Source: Antedon mediterranea (Eukaryota; Animalia; Echinodermata). From it: a DNA stretch of 64,000 nt. This document shows, piece after piece, positions 1-12,866 of the stretch. Made by a program: the position numbers and the translations under genes. The DNA is taken from NCBI RefSeq assembly GCF_964355755.1, contig NC_092677.1, positions 9,756,101 through 9,820,100 on the forward strand, read 5' to 3'. The notes below the pieces were generated by a model. The model had not been told where the DNA came from. It searched no databases and saw only the letters and a list, made by a program, of their open reading frames with translations. Positions within the stretch are counted from its first letter, which is position 1; each line of letters begins with the position of its first letter.

Positions 1-576
1 ATTTACATAATAGTAATGTATATGTACCACCCTGTTCTACAGTCAGAATATGACTGTAGGCATGTTGGCTCTTACTTCACACTCTTATTGACTTCTGGTT
101 TATATTGGCCCACCTCCAATACCAATTAAGTTTGCGTTTAATAAGACATATTTTGAGTTAATATGAAAATATTGTGGTTTTAATTCATGGTGGCCTCAAT
201 ACTTGATAATCTCATGGGAAGTAAACGCACTCCAAAATGTATTCTGGCACCGGTAAACTTACATACACGGGCTTAAACTCGCATTAAGAAAATTATTATC
301 AATAATTGTATGGTTTTAAAGATCCATTACGGTTAATATTAACTACATTTTTTTATCCAAAAGAAATTCAAAATTATACTAAATTTAACATTGACCATAA
401 GAAATTTGTTTTTTTGGCAAGAATAGTAAAATTAAGTCTTATCTAGGTAAAACAAAGTGTACGGATAGCCTATGTATGATTTATGTTCTGTAATATATTT
501 TATTTGTATTAAACTTAAAATCAGACAAAATAAGTTTGTATTATTATAAATAATATTAATAGTTGACAATGTCTTA

Positions 577-720
577 AGCTCTGTCTATACTATCAAGTTT
601 GACAAAAAGTGCCCAAATATGGTAGTGATATGCCCAATTATGGTAGATATTACATCATCATGTCCATTATGGGTACATCACATTTGTTGTCACATAAATT
701 TTGATAGTGTAGATAGAGCT
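577..720. mobile_element. PIF/Harbinger-type (Tourist-like) MITE, family A copy 1
   Basis: TIRs AGCTCTGTCTA(T/C)ACTATCAA...TTGATAGTGTAGATAGAGCT; 3-bp TSD TTA on both sides; internal ATATGGTAGTGATATG / GATGATGTCATATCAC repeats shared with 10 other copies. Confidence 0.85.
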
Positions 721-1022
721 TTATATATAAATAAGTCAAAGATGCAGATGAAATGGCATTCTGAGATGAGAGTGCGTCATAATGGTAATTACTATTACTA
801 TAATACTAACTATTATTAGTCACTCCTACTTTAAATGTTGGTTAATGTATACGTAATATGTTATTATCCATGGACCAGAGATTATAAAATAAAAGTTTGA
901 ATCGATTGAATTAATTAGTATGTTGCTTTATTATTTTATCATTATTTTATGTTATTTATTATTAAGTAATTTAGCTAGTCTGATGGAGATAATGGAGATA
1001 GGGCAAGCATTATTTGAATAGA

Positions 1023-1225
1023 AATCTTACAAAAACATATAAAATAATAAAAAAAACATCAATAATTTAAGATATACCGTAATAATTATATAATAATAAA
1101 AACAAAACATCAGAAAATGATCTGGATAGCAATCTTACAATAACACATAAAATAATATGATTAAAAAACATCAGTAATTTAAGATATTAATTATATAATA
1201 ATAAAAACAAAACATCAGAAAATGA
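1023..1225. repeat. Tandem duplication of ~108 bp AT-rich unit
   Basis: AATCTTACAA...ATAATAATAAAAACAAAACATCAGAAAATGAT occurs twice in direct orientation. Confidence 0.7.
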
Positions 1226-1784
1226 TTTGTGAACACCTAACAATAAATACACCGTAATTATAAAATAATAATAATGATGATAATTTAAAAACTTCATATT
1301 TTTTTAGGACACGTAACATCTTCTTCAACACCCTATTATCTCAATTTCCGTGACTGTCGAATTACTTAAAAGTTACCGTTACGGTGTATTAATAGAAATC
1401 ACTTTCAGAAATAATTTATGAAATATGACATAAGGGGTCAATGACATGTGAAATGTGACGTTTATCAATTTGACATGTGACTCATTAAGTCACTTTCAAA
1501 AAGAGTGCACAAAAGGTTCATAATTGTCGTTAAAGTGGTAATTAATTAGTTACGTCATCGCTCTGATTGATTGACTATTTACTACACTTTCATTCACGGC
1601 GAGAGAAAGCCAAACAAGTAAGGAGAACGAAGATATGATTGGATAATGAACTCAGTGTCGAAATTTTCTTGGCAAGGGGATCTAAATGAACTTGGCATTG
1701 GCTCCAGAGTTAACAAATCGAGCTGAACCGTCAATACTGAAGCCACTTTTGCGTAAGTAACCGCCCCCACGGCGCTCCTCTTCC

Positions 1785-1969
1785 ACGGTATATAGTAATA
1801 ATTCGTGTGGTTTAATATTTCTATGTTCATCACGGCCTAGCCGAGTCAAAGTAGTGAAGAGTCTTTTCGTTTTTAGAGATCTGCGAGTAAAAAAAGTGAA
1901 CTGTTTAAATCGAACGAAGGGAATTTTGTACTCACTATTGCGATATTATTATAGTTGAAATATAACAAG
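1785..1969 (+). promoter_or_regulatory. Candidate promoter and non-coding first exon of the EF-hand gene
   Basis: TATA-like GGTATATAG at ~1786, strong donor AAG|GTAAGT at 1969/1970, and upstream TGACTCA / TGACGT motifs. The first coding exon (8113) begins at an acceptor, so an upstream UTR exon is needed; the link to this exon is inferred. Confidence 0.3.
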
Positions 1970-3480
1970 GTAAGTACATTGTGTTTATATCATTCATTGG
2001 TGTTGTTTAATTAACATAGGCCTACAGTAAATTGAAAAGGTGTGTTCAATTTATTTTGGCACGTCCATCAACGTACCATAATAATTACCTTTTTGCGAAT
2101 GTTTCTACAATTTGTATACGTGATTGTAGCGTATACCAGTATCCACATTATCGTCTTTAAATGCTGTTTTATTGAGATGAACGAATTCAATTGCTGTTCA
2201 TATTTGTACAGATTCCGATATTCAAAACACTTTGATTATCGGACATAACAAAGCATGTACACATGAAGTGTGTCTACGGACTTCTTATATTCAACCATGT
2301 TGATTCAACATATAGATTAAACCCGTCATGAAAACTTAAGTAAACGAGGGTTGCTTGATGCGCACGAGGCGAATTTGACCCTTTTTTAAAATTACATATA
2401 AGTTCACATTATTATCATTGTATAGCAGGGTATAGCAATGAGTTTTATTTTGATCGTTCTATGCCCGGCCGTCACCCATAGTAAAACTGGTGTCTAAACG
2501 TTTACTGGAAGTCACTTGAAGCTATGTATTACAAAATAAAAATTAGGCACGAACGTCGGATATACAGACGTACATTCTGTACGGTAGTGGTGTGAATTAA
2601 GATAAAATGGGTGCGCAAGATATCCTAGGCCGCTAATTCCATTTGAGCGAAGTTCGTCTAACCCTGTGTAATTTACAAACCAGACTTTATACTGTTAGTT
2701 TAATGTACCCACCCCAACCCCATAAAAAGGCCATACTTAAAAACTACAGTACATATTATTATAGTATTGAAATATCATTGTTCCGTTGGTTTACCTTTAA
2801 TATAGGAAAGTATTGTTGTACTTTCTCGTATAAAATGTGTTTTATAAAACAATTCTACCATGAATTAATAATATCTGTTCATTCTTCACCATTTACTTAG
2901 TATTTAGGTCCATATCTTTTCTAATTTTGCTTAACGGATAAACAAACTTCTGTAGGTGTGAAGTATTGTGTAAAGTGTTTTTGACGCCCCGGGCCTCGAG
3001 CGGATTTCTAGGTATCATTTTGAAAGGGGGTGAGGACAACTCCGAAGTGCTTTCACTGTTTGTTAATTAGCTAATGATTGGCTCGTACAAGCAAGTGCCA
3101 CAAATCATTGCTAAGTGTTTCCGATTTGATGTCAAGTGTCAACTTTGACCTCAAACTCGGAATAAGCAAAACTTTTGTTAGCGTATTATTGACATGAAAT
3201 TGACAGTACGAACGTTGGTGTTGTTGACGGGTTCTGGCGGGTGACTGTACGCCGCTGACTGTGAGATATTGTCACCATATTACGACAACTGTGAGCGGCA
3301 ATTTCCTTATTGCCAACGCCATTTGAAGTGAAGTGGTTTCAATCATTATTAATTGACTTAGATAATAGTAATTGACAACTTTTATTACGATGGGATAATG
3401 ATATTTTAGCAATTATGCAAGTAAATCATTATATAACGAATCATTTGCAGGCCTTTTAATAAGTTCATTCCTGTACCTAA

Positions 3481-3620
3481 AGCTCTGTCTACACTATCAA
3501 ACTTTATGGGACAAATAAATGTGATGTGCCCATATATGGACATGATGATGTCATATCACTACCATCTTTGTGCACATCACACTTTTTTTGTCAAATTAGT
3601 TTGATAGTGTAGACAGAGCT
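3481..3620. mobile_element. PIF/Harbinger-type MITE, family A copy 2
   Basis: Perfect TIRs AGCTCTGTCTACACTATCAAACT...AGTTTGATAGTGTAGACAGAGCT; TSD TAA/TAA. Confidence 0.9.
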
Positions 3621-6214
3621 TAAACATGGTACAGTAAACCTTGTTGTTTTCTGTAATCCACCTGGGGTCGTACGGAACATAATGATATCTACTATAATTG
3701 ATAACCTACAATAATATCAACACTTGTATTATCAACCTATTGTTGTACTCATGTATTTTTTTCCCCTGTGAATAAATATTGCTGACAGATTTTCATGAAA
3801 AATGTATTCTGTCAGTGTCTATCAAATTCACACCTGCTTCAGACGTCACGAGTGCCACACGCTGGACGTAACCCGGATTGCCGGCACTCTTCTATAATCA
3901 GTATCATCCAATAAGTAATACCTATAACCGTAACATGATACAAGCGCCATGTGATGCATATGTGACACTGTAATTCAGAGTTTGCCTATGATACTGGATA
4001 GTGTAATGATACAGAGAACCAGGTGCTTCTGTGAGGGTTATGTCCTTATTTGACAAACATGCATTAAACAACTTTATTATGTAACTTTATATGCAATTTA
4101 TTTTGCATATTCATTGGTGAATATTCTATTCTCATGTTTAGAGTCTATTTACAAATTCGACACAATAATCGTTATTGACAAGGCCGTGTTTAGAGTTTTT
4201 CTTCCAAAATTTAATAAAGTTTTTTTACAGTCGTCAGTCCACCAAGTTCACCTGCAGCCAAATTAGAAAGGTTTTTTTATTGAATGAATGTCGAATAAAT
4301 TCAGTTGACTATTTATATTTAATTTTATACCATTTGCTTTTGGCAATTCTGCAATATTTCCACACTATTTTCTGGCCACATTTTGTCCAATTGTTAAGTT
4401 ACTACATTAGGAATATCTAGCTATATGTATTTGTAATGTATATGACGTTAAAATGTCACATAGCATGTTTTAGGATAAAATATGGGTTTACTACTATTTT
4501 AACCGTCCGCCGTCCTGAGGGGTAGGCTAATTTTAGCGTCAGTGATTTTTGTATTGTTCGCAGTTTATTCACTAGTATAATGAAGCACAGTGGAAGATCC
4601 GTTATGGATTATATTCCTTTAAATTGTAATAGATACGTTAATACCGGATATTTTGGATGAATGTTAGCGTTTGTTGTCTAATTTATTGCTTTCTAGCCAG
4701 TGTTAGATTTAGTTACAAATCATGTGTTGTCATCGAATTTACTCTATACTGTACAATCTAATTTTACAAACAATATATTTACTGTGTTGCTAAACCTTGG
4801 TTTTGACGATTTTTAGTGAAAAGATTATTGGCGCCGAAGAGGGGAAATGGCTTAATTGTTTTAATTGATTACGTTGTTATTATTTATTGTCGAATATTAG
4901 CTTTAATATATTAAAATATATATATAATTCTCATCTATTAATAAATACCTGATCTATCAATCATACAATCTAACAATAGTTATTTACTTCGACGAAATGT
5001 TGATCTAAGAATTCTGGAGTTAGGCTATTATTGTATTATTTAGATGAAAATCATTTTTAAAAAGTATTTTCAGTAGCCGATTCGCGGTCTAAATTTGTCC
5101 AGTAATCATAGGCAAATACTGTGATAAAGCACATGTGACGCCTGTATCATACGAACCTAATCTTTAACGTGATCTTTATGCATTACAGACACGAAAGTAC
5201 GTATTGTTTGCTACGATAGTGAACACTATTTGTTGTGTGGACATGCAGTTTTCACAGAGACATAATATCTTTTTAATAAACATTTTTGTTCATATTTGTA
5301 TAATCTTTAATAGACTTGCCCCAAGACTGTAATATTTCTTCGATGTTTGTCTGGGTTGACGAGCTCAAGTATTATACCTATAAAACGTCATGTACCAAAA
5401 TATTTATTTTTTACTAATATTAAGTCAAAACTCCGTCTGGAACCCAAACTAAATCTTTAATAGTACTATTTGCTAAAAATAGACAGAAACTGATCGTATG
5501 ATGACGTCAAAAAGACGACCAATCTGTCTTGTTTGTCGTGTTTTGGAAACGTTGCTCTTACGTCCTTGCGTTGCGTCTATAGTGGAAACGAAACGTACGT
5601 CCTAGTGAGAACCTAGTATTTAGTTGGCGACTCATCCAATCCGATAAAATAACTTTTACATAAATTATATTCTTTTACTATTTATCGACTAAGCACATGT
5701 GGGCATAGTGCCATGTAAAGTATTAGGCCTAATGATATTAACATTACAGTATTCAAAAACACTATGAGTTCGTGGTATTTAAAAGTAGGTATAACAGTTA
5801 AGTATATCCTTATTCATTCAACCTAACCCTATTTTTATCCTAAGGTTGTTAAGAGGTCATCCATTACAATTCATGTAGTTCTTTTTCTTCCCATTGGCAA
5901 GATTTTTTTTAACGTTCACTTTTGTACCAATTTTCTTGTTAAATTCTTTTGTTAGCTGTGTTGGTAAATTTATATAGAGTTATTGTTAGGAGATTGTTGG
6001 CGGAAACAGAGGTAGTAAGCATATTGTTGTTGGCTGCTGTTAAGCCGAACACCTTTCCGCTTTGAAGTTTGAAATGCATTATTATTTGCAATATCCGAAA
6101 CGGGGTCTTTGTTTCTGTTTATTGGCGTAATGCATACATCTTTCGGGTTTTTCTCGGCCTTTTTTGCGGTGAAGTTTTTATTGTACCTTTTTTATGCTAA
6201 AAATCAACAAGTTA

Positions 6215-6372
6215 ATTCTGTTTACAGGTGTTAAGTTTAAGTGACAGAAAATGTGATGTGCCCATGGACATGATGATGTGATATCACTGCCATATTTGGG
6301 TATATTACTGCAATATTTAGGCACATAATGCTTTTTTTGTCAAACTAGTTTTAAACGTGTAGAGACGGAGCT
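6215..6372. mobile_element. PIF/Harbinger-type MITE, family A copy 3 (diverged)
   Basis: Same internal GTGATGTGCCCA..GGACATGATGATG core, degenerate TIRs, TSD TTA/TTA. Confidence 0.75.
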
Positions 6373-8113
6373 TTAGATAGGACAAACTGCTAACAAATGA
6401 TATAATATACGATTGAAATTACTAATATGATGCCTCTTCGTTTGATCGGTAACAAACTGAATTACGAACTCAGTTCTCAACGCACTTTTCACACCTGGGA
6501 AGAGCAGCGCTCATTGTGCATTGCATGAATGGAATAGCGCCAGACGATAGCGCAAATTGTACTTGGGTGTTAGGCTACTTAGTACTTAGGCTAAACTTTT
6601 TTAATTGCTCAGTGCCTTGCTACATGAACCTGATGTGGCATCTTTAGTCTGATCTGTGAACATGTGAATTGCAAATTTAGAGGCATATTATGAAGTGTTT
6701 ATAATTAGGCGACATGAATGCTAATCGGTCGGCCTAGAGTGCTCAAGAGTGGATTCTATGATGCTTAAGAACAATCAAGTCCTTTCCATTGGTGATGCCT
6801 ATTTATTCAACATGTTTGTAGAGGATTTATTGATATACCTGATTTTCAAGAGCTAAATATGATAGACATGCTGTCGGCGGAAAAAAATACGGTTATTAAC
6901 ATCTTATTATTGTCTATCGTACAAAACATTTGCCATTTGTCATGAAGATTGAGCCTACATGACGTTTTGCGATAACTCATTTTATTACGTCATACACGAT
7001 ATCATGATGACATCATTGCATGATGCGCGTGACGTTAAAGATGCAATGTGTATGACGTATATGTGACGACGACTTAACTTTCTGTAAAAAACATAAACAT
7101 TTATGCAGTTATATAAATTGTATTCATTTCTATCAATTTATTAAGCTGTCACCTATCACTATACTATAACGTTTATCAAATTTCCATCAATATGTGACTA
7201 AATTAATGATACTTCCGATGTAATTATAAATGATAGGGGGCGGACATGACCTTGAATAGTTTTGCACACGTGCTTAAAGCGTCAGTGCATAAAGCGTTAA
7301 TGTGTGCAGGTTGCTAATATTAGCAGTTATCGCTGTTTTAATTTTTTAAGAGAGCGATATTTGTCAGTGTCATGTCTTTGACAACTTGGCCTAGTAAATT
7401 CGTTCAATGTATTGATCCCAACAATTTAATATAGTAAGGATACTGTAGCAAATTGTTATTGTCGTTTCTAATACTAGGCTATGCAGTACATAGACAAAAA
7501 ATGATGCTTGAAAATGAATGTCGTGATCTATAATAAATAGGCCAACACATCTGCTCAACAGCGCGTAACGTTTTTAACGTCTGCGCGCGGCAGCGGCACA
7601 CCATCGTCAAAAGAATACGTCATACTAATAACAAGATGACGTACATCATTTTTTTCCTGCGGCCCTTTGTAGAAGTTTGTTTTTAGAATTAAAAACTAAA
7701 ATGTATAATAACGTGCCCTTAACACAATGTATCTAAAAGCTGTTTTAAAAGATTATTTAATAGAAATCACATTGCCTAATTAGAATGTAAAACAGTATAC
7801 ATCTGACCAGGTCCTGACGAATTAATGGATTTATTGATGAAACGAATATAAATGATTTTTTTCTGTAATGTTATAACATTAATGTCAATATTAATAAATA
7901 TATAAATAGCATTAATCGAATTTTTTTACCCGGATACTGATCAAATAAATAATATTTACACATGACAAATGAAGAAGACATCATAACCTAGCGTTGACTA
8001 AACATGCGTGCATACCACCAAACACACGTGTGCCTATAGTCTATTCTGTAAACTCAGTATTCGAGGTAACGCATGGTTTTTAAAACTAACAAATGTATCG
8101 TTTCATCCACAGA

Positions 8114-8280
8114 ATGAATTCACTTATTTTTGTGTGTGTTGTGTTTTCGGCAATTGTTGGAACATCTGGGTTCATTCATGAACGACTCTTTCCGAAGGAT
8201 GTGGCGGAAATGTTTGCCGATAAATCGGAGAGACAACTACGATTACGGAAAGCCATGAACCAGGCTCTTCACCAGGCACG
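8114..8280 (+). CDS. Secreted EF-hand/Cys-rich proprotein, coding exon 1 (signal peptide + propeptide); model join(8114..8280,10166..10521,10887..10996,11347..11524,12059..12312), ~354 aa
   Basis: Acceptor CACAG at 8112, ATG 8114, hydrophobic N-terminus MNSLIFVCVVFSAIVGTSG, donor CG|GTAAGG (phase 2) matching next exon. Confidence 0.8.
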
Positions 8281-9559
8281 GTAAGGGATCATTTGCATGC
8301 TACAAATTCTATTATTGTTTAAGTGACGAATAATTGTGTGTATATTTCGGATTGTGTTGCTGTCTTTCGAATTTAGTTTTGCACTATAGTAAGCCTACAA
8401 AGGTTTACTGAATATGGGAGGCCTACATGGATCTTGCATTGGATAAAACAATGTGCTGTTTTACGATTGAATAATATTATTATTTTAGGCCTAGTCAAAA
8501 GTTAAATTTATCACGTGTGCGTTTTGCATACTTTGTAAACACATGCCGCAATCTGAGCGTGCGCACTAGAAGTTTTATGAGAGGTCTCTTTCAAAAGAAT
8601 TAAATAATATAATCTATAGTTAATACTAAATAGGCCTACGCTTTGCTGTAGACCTATTATATATCATAATTTATATTAAGCTTTCTTTATAATAGAAATT
8701 TAAACAAATCTTACAGACTAACTAACAGTTTGCCCAATGAGTATTTAAAAACTAATAGTAAATACTGGATAGTTAGTTATACTATAATAATAGTAATAGT
8801 AATACATGATCGGGTGAATTCCATCAAATGAATTTATCGAGCCAAATGATGTACTTTTAATTTTACGCTAATCTATATGAAAATATAATTGTCTTTAACT
8901 AATGCAATTTTTCAATTATATATTATCTGTTTATTTACCCTTCGAAGTATATATTTTACTTATTGTAAAGTATATCTTCGTTTCCGTTTTATATTATGCC
9001 CATAATATCGGATATCAATACGTTTGCTTTATGATTTTATGCATGAAATAGACATATTTTATTAATTAGATATTCGATACCACTAATTAGGAGCAAGCTG
9101 TTTTAGATAGTGCGTAACGGGGCGTGCGATGAGTGCGCTTTGAAGCGTAACGGAATGCGCGCCTAACTTAATGCTTTACTGGTCTTATTTCTTCAACATG
9201 TACTTTTGTTGCATAATTAATTAAAACGGTGGATTAACAATACAGCCCTATCATATTACATAATAATAATATAATTAATTCGATATGAATTTGATACGTT
9301 TTGTATTCCGGTCAGGTAAATTCCAACGAAACTCACTTTAAATATTTGGCATTACTAAAATAATTGAATTCATATACTGTGGAAATATTAGCCTTAGTAA
9401 GCCAGAAATAATTAGAATAATATTTATAATATTATGTATAATGTAAAATACAGTATAATTATTCGAAAATGTGCAGCCTGTGATTAGTTTAGTGTAGGGC
9501 ATATTGCTGTGCGTGCGATGGATACTTGATTGTTGAGGAAAAAAGTATTAAATTATTAA

Positions 9560-9763
9560 CAGTAGAACCATCTCTTTTGGGTGGTGGACACCCCTATAAG
9601 GGAACACCCTGGCCCTATACAAGTGACATTTTTACTGTGAAATGAACGGTTAAAACATGTGTTAAAACACCAACTCCTATTCACAGGGACACTTCCGAAA
9701 TCAACTCCTTATTACTGTGATTATGAGTAAAAACAACATCTTCTATCTATTCTTACTGTACTG
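9560..9763. mobile_element. Degenerate Tc1/pogo-like MITE
   Basis: Begins ACAGTAGAACC with GGACACCCCT-type internal repeats; related copy at ~49674-49829. Confidence 0.4.
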
Positions 9764-10165
9764 TAATCCCGTATGCATTCGATTTAGATATACTGTGTAC
9801 ATTAATAATATATTATTGCGTTTTCCCTTTTCATTACGTATATGGTCTGTCACGTGATTCAAATAAGTCAAACAATTAATCCAACCATCAATATACTAAA
9901 TAATAGAGCATTGTCTAGAATCTAATCCAACAAAGGTACCGACAATTGAACATTCTAATCAAATCAAATTAATTATTAATAAAGCTATTTAATCGTTGAC
10001 GTTGTCTCCATTTTGGAACTCGGTCAAAAGTTCAGTCTAGGAAGAATTCTAGAGGGCGACATTATGCTTAAATTCAATATCACAATCTCTGGTCTAGGTG
10101 ACTTTTTCTAACCACCCGAGTATTTTCCCATCGTTAATCGATAGACATTTTATTTGTTTTTTTAG

Positions 10166-10521
10166 GCAAAGAAGATCAGTAGCCGCCCAAGTAACAGGCG
10201 ACACTGAAGCATTCACGGACCTTGATGGCAATAACGACGGCTTCATCACAAAATCAGAATACAGGGCATACAATACCCGGGAAGTTAACGATGACGTCAC
10301 TGCTATTTTCAAACGATTTGATAAAAACTCTGACAGTAAGATTTCAAAAACTGAGTTCTTCGGTTTCCTAGATGACATTGATGTATCGTCGATGTCAAGT
10401 ACGAGTTTTGATCTTCAAGCGGAGATTATGATACCAGATATGATCGATTTCTCGTCGTCGTCATCGACTTTCTCAAGTAGTGGAGGGTTGTTTGAAAGCG
10501 AGACGGAAACAGAAACGTCAG
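10166..10521 (+). CDS. Secreted EF-hand/Cys-rich proprotein, exon 2 (RQRR site, two EF-hands, Ser/acidic linker)
   Basis: Poly-T AG acceptor at 10165; EF loops DGNNDGFITKSE and DKNSDSKISKTE; donor G|GTATGT at 10521 (alternative in-phase donor G|GTAAGC at 10530). Confidence 0.85.
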
Positions 10522-10587
10522 GTATGTTAGGTAAGCGCATGCGTCAAAATCGCAACTTTTCATTGTAAAGCGTCATGCATAATAATT

Positions 10588-10797
10588 CATTCCATATGTG
10601 TCGTCTTTTCCATTCCATATGTGTCGTCTTTTCCATTCCATGTTTGTCGTCTTTTCCATTCCATGTTTGCCGTCTTTTCCATTCCATGTTTGCCGTCTTT
10701 TCCATTCCATGTTTGCCGTCTTTTCCATTCCATGTTTGTCGTCTCTTCCATTCCATGTTTGTCTTTCATGTTTCATGTCGTTTTTTCCATTTCATGT
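10588..10797. repeat. 23-bp intronic minisatellite (CATTCCATGTTTGCCGTCTTTTC)n, ~9 copies
   Basis: Direct reading; produces the six overlapping 23-aa-periodic ORFs in the track. Confidence 0.9.
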
Positions 10798-10886
10798 TTG
10801 TGTTCATTTCTCCGCCCTCGATCGCCTCAATATACCGCGCCGTCTTCATGCAATTTAATATAATGTGTCCATTTTATTTCTTACAG

Positions 10887-10996
10887 CTCCCTCTGAGGAT
10901 TGTGAACTTGAAGCGATGAGGAAATGTGACGCTAGATTCTTGGAAGTCGTGGATCTCCTCATAACTGACGAAGATGCATTCTGTAAAGGATTCCAA
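10887..10996 (+). CDS. Secreted EF-hand/Cys-rich proprotein, exon 3
   Basis: TTACAG acceptor, phase 1 in / phase 0 out (CAA|GTAAGT); encodes PSEDCELEAMRKCDARFLEVVDLLITDEDAFCKGFQ; missed by ORF track. Confidence 0.8.
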
Positions 10997-11230
10997 GTAA
11001 GTCTTTTCGAGATTTAAGATTAACATTATACCTCGACAGGATCTCTGTATATATGCACAGTGTCTTTTCAAGATCCATTAATGGTGTCAAAGCCTTCGAT
11101 ATACAACGTGTACATTGGCAAAAGTTGACGTGTTAGTTTACTACTTGCCGCATGCGCAAATCAACAAAATGAGGTCAAAGGGTATTAGAAAATTTAAAGC
11201 ACTAAAAGTATCCCAGATATTGAGTTTGGA

Positions 11231-11313
11231 CCTTGCGATGGCGGCGTACTAAAGACTGTCCAACTATTTCCGAGGGGTGTTTTCACCACTCTTTTTATTC
11301 ATGGCCTCAAACA
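11231..11313 (+). repeat. Left arm of ~83-bp dispersed inverted repeat (partner 12867-12950)
   Basis: CTTGCGATGGCGGCGTACTAAAGACTG...CACCACTCTTTTTATTCATGGCCTCAAACA is the near-perfect reverse complement of 12867-12950. Confidence 0.85.
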
Positions 11314-11346
11314 TTATAACTAACCAAACTTTATTGTTTTCTTTAG

Positions 11347-11524
11347 GCATATATTGAATGTGTGTTTGAAGACATTGTACCCTGTAACATGGATGAGTAT
11401 GTACGAAATGTGATAAATGTTGGAAGTATCTATAAAGATTTAGATGTTTGTCCTAATCTTGATTTCACTTCTCTTGAAACGGATAATGATACGTTAGAAC
11501 GATCGAGACGAGCACTCACACAAG
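11347..11524 (+). CDS. Secreted EF-hand/Cys-rich proprotein, exon 4 (ends with RSRR site)
   Basis: CTTTAG acceptor phase 0; AYIECVFEDIVPC...DVCPNLDF...LERSRRALTQ; donor G|GTAGTT phase 1. Confidence 0.8.
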
Positions 11525-11553
11525 GTAGTTTAAACAGAAATAACTTGCTATAA

Positions 11554-11682
11554 AGCTCTGTTTACACAATCAAATTTTGTGACAAAAAATGTCCATATAT
11601 GGACATGATGACATCATATCACTACCATATTTGGTCACATTAAAAAAAAATGTCGAACTAGTTTGATAGTGTAGACAGAGCT
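11554..11682. mobile_element. PIF/Harbinger-type MITE, family A copy 4 (in last intron of EF-hand gene)
   Basis: Both TIRs and internal core present; right TSD not conserved. Confidence 0.8.
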
Positions 11683-12058
11683 ATTCGGGTTTTACATCCT
11701 CATGAAAGTAGTTTTCGATTTGTAAACAACCAAGACCTAACGTCTTACTTCACTTCAATAAGAGAGTCTGCTAAGTGTGTTGACCAATCACACTTAAGTG
11801 AGATATTTCAATAACAATTTAAAGTTTTATTCACAGAGAAGAGAGTGTACGTAAGTGTGTAGTGTAAGTGTCGATGGGCACAGATCGTCACAAAAAAGGC
11901 CTATCTTCCTACCAACATCTATATAATAATTTCCCAGACAATTGTCACGTGTTATCAATGATTCTGTTTTCTACAGTTGTACTGGCTCTTACTCTTTAAC
12001 AAATCAATACTCGTTAACCTAATAGTTTTTAACGTATATCTTTTAATTATGTTTTCAG

Positions 12059-12312
12059 GTAAATCAAGTGAACGAAGCCAGTTAAAAACAGAGAAACACC
12101 TCAAACGAGCTGTGTCGCCGTGTAATCGACATTTTGTCAGCTTATCCCAGCGTAAAGACAAAGATTTTTGCGAAACATTAACGCAATACCGCCACTGCAT
12201 CCTGCACAGTATTCGACCGTACAGGTCCCAGTCTGTCAGTAACTTGCGAAATGGTCTGAAATATATGACACGCGAGCACAGGAGGACGCACGTTTGTGTG
12301 GAAAATGACTGA
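12059..12312 (+). CDS. Secreted EF-hand/Cys-rich proprotein, exon 5 (second Cys-rich domain, stop)
   Basis: TTTTCAG acceptor phase 1; KRAVSPCNRHF...DFCETLTQYRHCI...HVCVEND*; aligns by eye to the exon 3-4 domain. Confidence 0.8.
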
Positions 12313-12457
12313 TCGCTGAAAAAACAGACGATGCAGCGTATTTTATGCTTGTAAATATTCCCAAGCACTGCCTTCAACTGTTAGCATAGTTCCAATCGTG
12401 TAAAAAGATTTGAAAGTAACAATTTTCATATGCGATTGATTAAGGAGAAACAGAAGA

Positions 12458-12552
12458 TTTTAACACCCACTGGACTGAGGAGGCTATTGCTTCTGTCCGC
12501 TTATTTTAACACCCACTGGACTGAGAAGACTATTGCTTCCCGCTTATTTTAA
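12458..12552. repeat. Tandem duplication (~46 bp) in 3' UTR
   Basis: TTTTAACACCCACTGGACTGAG..CTATTGCTTC..CCGCTTA twice. Confidence 0.75.
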
Positions 12553-12866
12553 TACACAAATTCGATCAAATACTGACGAATTTAGTGATTTTAAAAACAA
12601 CTATCACGACGAAATTCTTGGACTTTGGCATTATTTGTGAAGACCATGTGATCGTCTTGTAAATACGATAGACAGAAATGAAACCAATTTTGCAATACAC
12701 GATTCTTAGTCTGAAGAAAAGGGTGAAGAAGAAGAAACAAAGAAAAACATCATCAAAGTTTTGTTTATTCATTAAAATTATGAAAATCAAATTTATGTTA
12801 GTATAACTACCTTCACAAGCAATTCATATGGATGGGTGAACATAGAGAACTACGCACGTACTAACT

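Noticed and set aside
10588-10797. Possible CRISPR-like array (also 36553-36923 and 58326-58577)
   Set aside because: Units are contiguous with no unique spacers, there are no cas genes, and the context is eukaryotic
10544-10919. Six overlapping ORFs with MEWKRRQTWNGK / FHVCRLFHSM repeats
   Set aside because: Translation artefacts of a 23-bp intronic minisatellite
10094-12377. Minus-strand ORFs at 10094-10378 and 11955-12377 (also 17820-18047+ and 23831-24025-)
   Set aside because: Antisense shadows of real exons
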